64,000 nucleotides of DNA, from the NCBI GenBank assembly GCA_964291375.2, contig OZ219810.1, positions 54,021 to 118,020 of the forward strand. Reading direction: 5' to 3'. This DNA comes from Paracoccaceae bacterium (lineage in GTDB: Bacteria; Pseudomonadota; Alphaproteobacteria; Rhodobacterales; Rhodobacteraceae). The notes under the pieces are model-generated. The model ran no database searches. It was not told where the DNA came from and saw nothing but the letters and a program-made list of their open reading frames with translations. This document shows, piece by piece, positions 8,105 to 16,005 of the stretch (positions are counted from its first letter, which is position 1; every line of letters starts with the position of its first letter). Position numbers and translations under genes: made by a program.

Positions 8105-10519
8105 TTATCCCCGACAACACCTAGAACCTGAAGTTGAGGGAGACCCCGACGGTATAGCTGCGCTGATCCCCGGACAGGCCGATGCCATCGGCGGCCCCGA
8201 AGAACTCGGCGCTGAGGCCACCGTCAAGATCATCTGCCCGCCCGCAAAGCCGAGCGTCACCGTCGCATTCAGCCCCGCCAGATTGCCCCCCGAGGCGGTC
8301 ACGTCATACACACGCGAGGCCGTCACCTGACTGACCGACAGCTGTGCCGTCGTGTTGCTCACCGTGAAATCCGCCGCGTTCACATTCTTCACGTCCTCGC
8401 TGAACGTCACCCGCCAGGTCACGCTGTCCGCATTCGTCGGCGAACTCCCCGGCGTCTGATGCACAATCGACGCAACCCCCGGCGCGGTGTTGTCGATCAC
8501 GTAAGCGCTTTCATCCGTCCCCGTCGGCGCGGTGTTGGAAAGGGCGTTGTCGGCAAGATCGGCGATATTCTGCCCGCCCGCAAAGCCGAGCGTCACCGTC
8601 GCATTCAGCCCCGCCAGATTGCCACCCGAGGCGGTCACGTCATACACCCTTGAGGCCGTCACTTCGCTGAAATTCAGCTGTGCCGTCGTGTTGCTCACCG
8701 TGAAATCCGCCGCGTCCACATTCTTCACGTCCTTGCTGAACGTCACCCGCCAGGTCACGCTGTCCGCATTCGTCGGCGAACTCCCCGGCGTCTGATGCAC
8801 GATCGACGCAACACCCGGCGCGCTGGTGTCATAGACGGACGTGGCCTGCGTGGCCGCAGTGCTCGGGTTGCCCGCCGCATCCGTCGCCGCGCTCGCCGCA
8901 ACGTCTATCGTCACCTCGCCCTCCGCCGAGGGCGTGATCTCCGCCGTCCACACCCGACCGGCGGTGACCGGGGTGAAGGACCCGGCCGCGCCGTTGCCGA
9001 CGCTGATGTCGCCAACCACAAAACCCGTCACCGGCTCCGAAAAGCTGAACCGGGCGGTGAAGGCCGACGAACTCCGCGCCGGAACATCCGAAATCGTCAC
9101 CCCCGGCGCGGTGTTGTCGATCACGTAAGCGCTTTCATCCGTCCCCGTCGGCGCGGTGTCGGAAAGGGCGTTGTCGGCAAGATCGGCGATATTCTGCCCG
9201 CCCGCAAAGCCGAGCGTCACCGTCGCATTCAGCCCCGCCAGATTGCCCCCCGAGGCGGTCACGTCATACACCCTTGAGGCCGTCACTTCGCTGAAATTCA
9301 GCTGTGCCGTTGTGCCGCTCACCGTGAAATCCGCCGCGTCCACATTCTTCACGTCCTTGCTGAACGTCACCCGCCAGGTCACGCTGTCCGCATTCGTCGG
9401 CGAACTCCCCGGCGTCTGATGCACGATCGACGCAACACCCGGCGCGCTGGTGTCATAGACGGACGTGGCCTGCGTGGCCGCAGTGCTCGGGTTGCCCGCC
9501 GCATCCGTCGCCGCCGCCGCCGCAACGTCTATCGTCACCTCGCCCTCCGCCGAGGGCGTGATCTCCGCCGTCCACACCTGATCGGCGGTGACCGGGGTGA
9601 AGGATCCGGCCGCGCCGTTGCCGACGCTGATGTCGCCAACCACAAAACCCGTCACCGGCTCCGAAAAGCTGAACCGGGCGGTGAAGGCCGACGAACTGCG
9701 CGCCGGAACATCCGAAATCGTCACCCCCGGCGCGGTGTTGTCGATCACGTAAGCGCTTTCATCCGTCCCCGTCGGCGCGGTGTTGGAAAGGGCGTTGTCG
9801 GCAAGATCGGCGATATTCTGCCCGCCCGCAAAGCCGAGCGTCACCGTCGCATTCAGCCCCGCCAGATTGCCACCCGAGGCGGTCACGTCATACACAAGCG
9901 AGGCCGTCACTTCACTGAAATTCAGCTGTGCCGTTGTGCCGCTCACCGTGAAATCCGCCGCGTCCACATTCTTCACGTCCTTGCTGAACGTCACCCGCCA
10001 GGTCACGCTGTCCGCATTCGTCGGCGAACTCCCCGGCGTCTGATGCACGATCGACGCAACACCCGGCGCGCTGGTGTCATAGACGGACGTGGCCTGCGTG
10101 GCCGCAGTGCTCGGGTTGCCCGCCGCATCCGTCGCCGCCGCCGCCGCAACGTCTATCGTCACCTCGCCCTCCGCCGAGGGCGTGATCTCCGCCGTCCACA
10201 CCTGATCGGCGGTGACCGGGGTGAAGGACCCGGCCGCGCCGTTGCCGACGCTGATGTCGCCAACCACAAAACCCGTCACCGGCTCCGAAAAGCTGAACCG
10301 GGCGGTGAAGGCCGACGAACTGCGCGCCGGAACATCCGAAATCGTCACCCCCGGCGCGGTGTTGTCGATCACGTAAGCGCTTTCATCCGTCCCCGTCGGC
10401 GCGGTGTTGGAAAGGGCGTTGTCGGCAAGATCGGCGATATTCTGCCCGCCCGCAAAGCCGAGCGTCACCGTCGCATTCAGCCCCGCCAGATTGCCACCCG
10501 AGGCGGTCACGTCATACAC
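8105..10519 (-). CDS. giant gene fragment 8 (array end plus out-of-frame tail)
   Basis: Units A17 to A21'. The last 42 codons (MILTVASAPSSSGPPMASACPG...) are nonsense-like. The OMP-like tail sits in another frame, with its stop at 8121-8123. Confidence 0.75.
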   Translation of the reverse strand: MYDVTASGGNLAGLNATVTLGFAGGQNIADLADNALSNTAPTGTDESAYVIDNTAPGVTISDVPARSSSAFTARFSFSEPVTGFVVGDISVGNGAAGSFTPVTADQVWTAEITPSAEGEVTIDVAAAAATDAAGNPSTAATQATSVYDTSAPGVASIVHQTPGSSPTNADSVTWRVTFSKDVKNVDAADFTVSGTTAQLNFSEVTASLVYDVTASGGNLAGLNATVTLGFAGGQNIADLADNALSNTAPTGTDESAYVIDNTAPGVTISDVPARSSSAFTARFSFSEPVTGFVVGDISVGNGAAGSFTPVTADQVWTAEITPSAEGEVTIDVAAAAATDAAGNPSTAATQATSVYDTSAPGVASIVHQTPGSSPTNADSVTWRVTFSKDVKNVDAADFTVSGTTAQLNFSEVTASRVYDVTASGGNLAGLNATVTLGFAGGQNIADLADNALSDTAPTGTDESAYVIDNTAPGVTISDVPARSSSAFTARFSFSEPVTGFVVGDISVGNGAAGSFTPVTAGRVWTAEITPSAEGEVTIDVAASAATDAAGNPSTAATQATSVYDTSAPGVASIVHQTPGSSPTNADSVTWRVTFSKDVKNVDAADFTVSNTTAQLNFSEVTASRVYDVTASGGNLAGLNATVTLGFAGGQNIADLADNALSNTAPTGTDESAYVIDNTAPGVASIVHQTPGSSPTNADSVTWRVTFSEDVKNVNAADFTVSNTTAQLSVSQVTASRVYDVTASGGNLAGLNATVTLGFAGGQMILTVASAPSSSGPPMASACPGISAAIPSGSPSTSGSRCCRG

Positions 10520-12150
10520 CGCGAGGCCGTCACTTCGCTGAAATTCAGCTGTGCCGTTGTGCCGCTCACCGTGAAATCCGCCGCGTCCACATTCTTCACG
10601 TCCTTGCTGAACGTCACCCGCCAGGTCACGCTGTCCGCATTCGTCGGCGAACTCCCCGGCGTCTGATGCACGATCGACGCAATCCCCGGCGCGGTGTTGT
10701 CGATCACGTAAGCGCTTTCATCCGTCCCCGTCGGCGCGGTGTCGGAAAGGGCGTTGTCGGCAAGATCGGCGATATTCTGCCCGCCCGCAAAGCCGAGCGT
10801 CACCGTCGCATTCAGCCCCGCCAGATTGCCCCCCGAGGCGGTCACGTCATACACCCTTGAGGCCGTCACCTGACTGACCGACAGCTGTGCCGTTGTGCCG
10901 CTCACCGTGAAATCCGCCGCGTTCACATTCTTCACGTCCTCGCTGAACGTCACCCGCCAGGTCACGCTGTCCGCATTCGTCGGCGAACTCCCCGGCGTCT
11001 GATGCACAATCGACGCAACACCCGGCGCGGTGTTGTCGATCACGTAAGCGCTTTCATCCGTCCCCGTCGGCGCGGTGTCGGAAAGGGCGTTGTCGGCAAG
11101 ATCGGCGATATTCTGCCCGCCCGCAAAGCCGAGCGTCACCGTCGCATTCAGCCCCGCCAGATTGCCCCCCGAGGCGGTCACGTCATACACCCTTGAGGCC
11201 GTCACTTCGCTGAAATTCAGCTGTGCCGTTGTGCCGCTCACCGTGAAATCCGCCGCGTTCACATTCTTCACGTCCTCGCTGAACGTCACCCGCCAGGTCA
11301 CGCTGTCCGCATTCGTCGGCGAACTCCCCGGCGTCTGATGCACAATCGACGCAACCCCCGGCGCGGTGTTGTCGATCACGTAAGCGCTTTCATCCGTCCC
11401 CGTCGGCGCGGTGTTGGAAAGGGCGTTGTCGGCAAGATCGGCGATATTCTGCCCGCCCGCAAAGCCGAGCGTCACCGTCGCATTCAGCCCCGCCAGATTG
11501 CCCCCCGAGGCGGTCACGTCATACACCCTTGAGGCCGTCACTTCACTGAAATTCAGCTGTGCCGTTGTGCCGCTCACCGTGAAATCCGCCGCGTCCACAT
11601 TCTTCACGTCCTTGCTGAACGTCACCCGCCAGGTCACGCTGTCCGCATTCGTCGGCGAACTCCCCGGCGTCTGATGCACGATCGACGCAACACCCGGCGC
11701 GCTGGTGTCATAGACGGACGTGGCCTGCGTGGCCGCAGTGCTCGGGTTGCCCGCCGCATCCGTCGCCGCCGCCGCCGCAACGTCTATCGTCACCTCGCCC
11801 TCCGCCGAGGGCGTGATCTCCGCCGTCCACACCTGATCGGCGGTGACCGGGGTGAAGGACCCGGCCGCGCCGTTGCCGACGCTGATGTCGCCAACCACAA
11901 AACCCGTCACCGGCTCCGAAAAGCTGAACCGGGCGGTGAAGGCCGACGAACTGCGCGCCGGAACATCCGAAATCGTCACCCCCGGCGCGGTGTTGTCGAT
12001 CACGTAAGCGCTTTCATCCGTCCCCGTCGGCGCGGTGTTGGAAAGGGCGTTGTCGGCAAGATCGGCGATATTCTGCCCGCCCGCAAAGCCGAGCGTCACC
12101 GTCGCATTCAGCCCCGCCAGATTGCCCCCCGAGGCGGTCACGTCATACAC
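10507..12150 (-). CDS. giant gene fragment 7 (array)
   Basis: Made only of A and B cassettes, units A13 to A17. Confidence 0.8.
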   Translation of the reverse strand: MYDVTASGGNLAGLNATVTLGFAGGQNIADLADNALSNTAPTGTDESAYVIDNTAPGVTISDVPARSSSAFTARFSFSEPVTGFVVGDISVGNGAAGSFTPVTADQVWTAEITPSAEGEVTIDVAAAAATDAAGNPSTAATQATSVYDTSAPGVASIVHQTPGSSPTNADSVTWRVTFSKDVKNVDAADFTVSGTTAQLNFSEVTASRVYDVTASGGNLAGLNATVTLGFAGGQNIADLADNALSNTAPTGTDESAYVIDNTAPGVASIVHQTPGSSPTNADSVTWRVTFSEDVKNVNAADFTVSGTTAQLNFSEVTASRVYDVTASGGNLAGLNATVTLGFAGGQNIADLADNALSDTAPTGTDESAYVIDNTAPGVASIVHQTPGSSPTNADSVTWRVTFSEDVKNVNAADFTVSGTTAQLSVSQVTASRVYDVTASGGNLAGLNATVTLGFAGGQNIADLADNALSDTAPTGTDESAYVIDNTAPGIASIVHQTPGSSPTNADSVTWRVTFSKDVKNVDAADFTVSGTTAQLNFSEVTASRCMT

Positions 12151-14356
12151 CCGAGGCCGTCACTTCGCTGAAATTCAGCTGTGCCGTTGTGCCGCTCACC
12201 GTGAAATCCGCCGCGTTCACATTCTTCACGTCCTCGCTGAACGTCACCCGCCAGGTCACGCTGTCCGCATTCGTCGGCGAACTCCCCGGCGTCTGATGCA
12301 CAATCGACGCAACACCCGGCGCGGTGTTGTCGATCACGTAAGCGCTTTCATCCGTCCCCGTCGGCGCGGTGTCGGAAAGGGCGTTGTCGGCAAGATCGGC
12401 GATATTCTGCCCGCCCGCAAAGCCGAGCGTCACCGTCGCATTCAGCCCCGCCAGATTGCCCCCCGAGGCGGTCACGTCATACACCCTTGAGGCCGTCACT
12501 TCGCTGAAATTCAGCTGTGCCGTTGTGCCGCTCACCGTGAAATCCGCCGCGTCCACATTCTTCACGTCCTTGCTGAACGTCACCCGCCAGGTCACGCTGT
12601 CCGCATTCGTCGGCGAACTCCCCGGCGTCTGATGCACGATCGACGCAACACCCGGCGCGCTGGTGTCATAGACGGACGTGGCCTGCGTGGCCGCAGTGCT
12701 CGGGTTGCCCGCCGCATCCGTCGCCGCCGCCGCCGCAACGTCTATCGTCACCTCGCCCTCCGCCGAGGGCGTGATCTCCGCCGTCCACACCTGATCGGCG
12801 GTGACCGGGGTGAAGGACCCGGCCGCGCCGTTGCCGACGCTGATGTCGCCAACCACAAAACCCGTCACCGGCTCCGAAAAGCTGAACCGGGCGGTGAAGG
12901 CCGACGAACTGCGCGCCGGAACATCCGAAATCGTCACCCCCGGCGCGGTGTTGTCGATCACGTAAGCGCTTTCATCCGTCCCCGTCGGCGCGGTGTTGGA
13001 AAGGGCGTTGTCGGCAAGATCGGCGATATTCTGCCCGCCCGCAAAGCCGAGCGTCACCGTCGCATTCAGCCCCGCCAGATTGCCACCCGAGGCGGTCACG
13101 TCATACACACGCGAGGCCGTCACTTCACTGAAATTCAGCTGTGCCGTTGTGCCGCTCACCGTGAAATCCGCCGCGTCCACATTCTTCACGTCCTTGCTGA
13201 ACGTCACCCGCCAGGTCACGCTGTCCGCATTCGTCGGCGAACTCCCCGGCGTCTGATGCACGATCGACGCAACACCCGGCGCGCTGGTGTCATAGACGGA
13301 CGTGGCCTGCGTGGCCGCAGTGCTCGGGTTGCCCGCCGCATCCGTCGCCGCCGCCGCCGCAACGTCTATCGTCACCTCGCCCTCCGCCGAGGGCGTGATC
13401 TCCGCCGTCCACACCTGATCGGCGGTGACCGGGGTGAAGGACCCGGCCGCGCCGTTGCCGACGCTGATGTCGCCAACCACAAAACCCGTCACCGGCTCCG
13501 AAAAGCTGAACCGGGCGGTGAAGGCCGACGAACTGCGCGCCGGAACATCCGAAATCGTCACCCCCGGCGCGGTGTTGTCGATCACGTAAGCGCTTTCATC
13601 CGTCCCCGTCGGCGCGGTGTTGGAAAGGGCGTTGTCGGCAAGATCGGCGATATTCTGCCCGCCCGCAAAGCCGAGCGTCACCGTCGCATTCAGCCCCGCC
13701 AGATTGCCACCCGAGGCGGTCACGTCATACACAAGCGAGGCCGTCACTTCACTGAAATTCAGCTGTGCCGTTGTGCCGCTCACCGTGAAATCCGCCGCGT
13801 CCACATTCTTCACGTCCTTGCTGAACGTCACCCGCCAGGTCACGCTGTCCGCATTCGTCGGCGAACTCCCCGGCGTCTGATGCACGATCGACGCAACACC
13901 CGGCGCGCTGGTGTCATAGACGGACGTGGCCTGCGTGGCCGCAGTGCTCGGGTTGCCCGCCGCATCCGTCGCCGCCGCCGCCGCAACGTCTATCGTCACC
14001 TCGCCCTCCGCCGAGGGCGTGATCTCCGCCGTCCACACCTGATCGGCGGTGACCGGGGTGAAGGACCCGGCCGCGCCGTTGCCGACGCTGATGTCGCCAA
14101 CCACAAAACCCGTCACCGGTTCCGAAAAGCTGAACCGGGCGGTGAAGGCCGACGAACTGCGCGCCGGAACATCCGAAATCGTCACCCCCGGCGCGGTGTT
14201 GTCGATCACGTAAGCGCTTTCATCCGTCCCCGTCGGCGCGGTGTTGGAAAGGGCGTTGTCGGCAAGATCGGCGATATTCTGCCCGCCCGCAAAGCCGAGC
14301 GTCACCGTCGCATTCAGCCCCGCCAGATTGCCCCCCGAGGCGGTCACGTCATACAC
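12143..14356 (-). CDS. giant gene fragment 6 (array)
   Basis: Made only of A and B cassettes, units A9 to A13. Confidence 0.8.
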   Translation of the reverse strand: MYDVTASGGNLAGLNATVTLGFAGGQNIADLADNALSNTAPTGTDESAYVIDNTAPGVTISDVPARSSSAFTARFSFSEPVTGFVVGDISVGNGAAGSFTPVTADQVWTAEITPSAEGEVTIDVAAAAATDAAGNPSTAATQATSVYDTSAPGVASIVHQTPGSSPTNADSVTWRVTFSKDVKNVDAADFTVSGTTAQLNFSEVTASLVYDVTASGGNLAGLNATVTLGFAGGQNIADLADNALSNTAPTGTDESAYVIDNTAPGVTISDVPARSSSAFTARFSFSEPVTGFVVGDISVGNGAAGSFTPVTADQVWTAEITPSAEGEVTIDVAAAAATDAAGNPSTAATQATSVYDTSAPGVASIVHQTPGSSPTNADSVTWRVTFSKDVKNVDAADFTVSGTTAQLNFSEVTASRVYDVTASGGNLAGLNATVTLGFAGGQNIADLADNALSNTAPTGTDESAYVIDNTAPGVTISDVPARSSSAFTARFSFSEPVTGFVVGDISVGNGAAGSFTPVTADQVWTAEITPSAEGEVTIDVAAAAATDAAGNPSTAATQATSVYDTSAPGVASIVHQTPGSSPTNADSVTWRVTFSKDVKNVDAADFTVSGTTAQLNFSEVTASRVYDVTASGGNLAGLNATVTLGFAGGQNIADLADNALSDTAPTGTDESAYVIDNTAPGVASIVHQTPGSSPTNADSVTWRVTFSEDVKNVNAADFTVSGTTAQLNFSEVTASGV

Positions 14357-16005
14357 ACGCTTGAGGCCGTCACTTCGCTGAAATTCAGCTGTGCCGTTGT
14401 GCCGCTCACCGTGAAATCCGCCGCGTTCACATTCTTCACGTCCTCGCTGAACGTCACCCGCCAGGTCACGCTGTCCGCATTCGTCGGCGAACTCCCCGGC
14501 GTCTGATGCACGATCGACGCAATCCCCGGCGCGGTGTTGTCGATCACGTAAGCGCTTTCATCCGTCCCCGTCGGCGCGGTGTTGGAAAGGGCGTTGTCGG
14601 CGAGGTCGGCGATATTCTGCCCGCCCGCAAAGCCGAGCGTCACCGTCGCATTCAGCCCCGCCAGATTGCCCCCCGAGGCGGTCACGTCATACACACGCGA
14701 GGCCGTCACCTGACTGACCGACAGCTGTGCCGTTGTGCCGCTCACCGTGAAATCCGCCGCGTTCACATTCTTCACGTCCTCGCTGAACGTCACCCGCCAG
14801 GTCACGCTGTCCGCATTCGTCGGCGAACTCCCCGGCGTCTGATGCACGATCGACGCAATCCCCGGCGCGGTGTTGTCGATCACGTAAGCGCTTTCATCCG
14901 TCCCCGTCGGCGCGGTGTTGGAAAGGGCGTTGTCGGCGAGGTCGGCGATATTCTGCCCGCCCGCAAAGCCGAGCGTCACCGTCGCATTCAGCCCCGCAAG
15001 GTTGCCGCCTGAGGCGGTCACGTCATACACACGCGAGGCCGTCACTTCACTGAAATTCAGCTGTGCCGTTGTGCCGCTCACCGTGAAATCCGCCGCGTCC
15101 ACATTCTTCACGTCCTTGCTGAACGTCACCCGCCAGGTCACGCTGTCCGCATTCGTCGGCGAACTCCCCGGCGTCTGATGCACGATCGACGCAACACCCG
15201 GCGCGCTGGTGTCATAGACGGACGTGGCCTGCGTGGCCGCAGTGCTCGGGTTGCCCGCCGCATCCGTCGCCGCCGCCGCCGCAACGTCTATCGTCACCTC
15301 GCCCTCCGCCGAGGGCGTGATCTCCGCCGTCCACACCTGATCGGCGGTGACCGGGGTGAAGGACCCGGCCGCGCCGTTGCCGACGCTGATGTCGCCAACC
15401 ACAAAACCCGTCACCGGCTCCGAAAAGCTGAACCGGGCGGTGAAGGCCGACGAACTGCGCGCCGGAACATCCGAAATCGTCACCCCCGGCGCGGTGTTGT
15501 CGATCACGTAAGCGCTTTCATCCGTCCCCGTCGGCGCGGTGTCGGAAAGGGCGTTGTCGGCAAGATCGGCGATATTCTGCCCGCCCGCAAAGCCGAGCGT
15601 CACCGTCGCATTCAGCCCCGCCAGATTGCCCCCCGAGGCGGTCACGTCATACACCCTTGAGGCCGTCACTTCGCTGAAATTCAGCTGTGCCGTTGTGCCG
15701 CTCACCGTGAAATCCGCCGCGTCCACATTCTTCACGTCCTTGCTGAACGTCACCCGCCAGGTCACGCTGTCCGCATTCGTCGGCGAACTCCCCGGCGTCT
15801 GATATACGATCGACGCAATCCCCGGCGCGGTGTTGTCGATCACGTAAGCGCTTTCATCCGTCCCCGTCGGCGCGGTGTCGGAAAGGGCGTTGTCGGCGAG
15901 GTCGGCGATATTCTGCCCGCCCGCAAAGCCGAGCGTCACCGTCGCATTCAGCCCCGCCAGATTGCCCCCCGAGGCGGTCACGTCATACACCCTTGAGGCC
16001 GTCAC
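14344..16005 (-). CDS. giant gene fragment 5 (array)
   Basis: Made only of A and B cassettes. Begins inside unit A5 and ends inside unit A9. Confidence 0.8.
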   Translation of the reverse strand: MTASRVYDVTASGGNLAGLNATVTLGFAGGQNIADLADNALSDTAPTGTDESAYVIDNTAPGIASIVYQTPGSSPTNADSVTWRVTFSKDVKNVDAADFTVSGTTAQLNFSEVTASRVYDVTASGGNLAGLNATVTLGFAGGQNIADLADNALSDTAPTGTDESAYVIDNTAPGVTISDVPARSSSAFTARFSFSEPVTGFVVGDISVGNGAAGSFTPVTADQVWTAEITPSAEGEVTIDVAAAAATDAAGNPSTAATQATSVYDTSAPGVASIVHQTPGSSPTNADSVTWRVTFSKDVKNVDAADFTVSGTTAQLNFSEVTASRVYDVTASGGNLAGLNATVTLGFAGGQNIADLADNALSNTAPTGTDESAYVIDNTAPGIASIVHQTPGSSPTNADSVTWRVTFSEDVKNVNAADFTVSGTTAQLSVSQVTASRVYDVTASGGNLAGLNATVTLGFAGGQNIADLADNALSNTAPTGTDESAYVIDNTAPGIASIVHQTPGSSPTNADSVTWRVTFSEDVKNVNAADFTVSGTTAQLNFSEVTASSVCMT

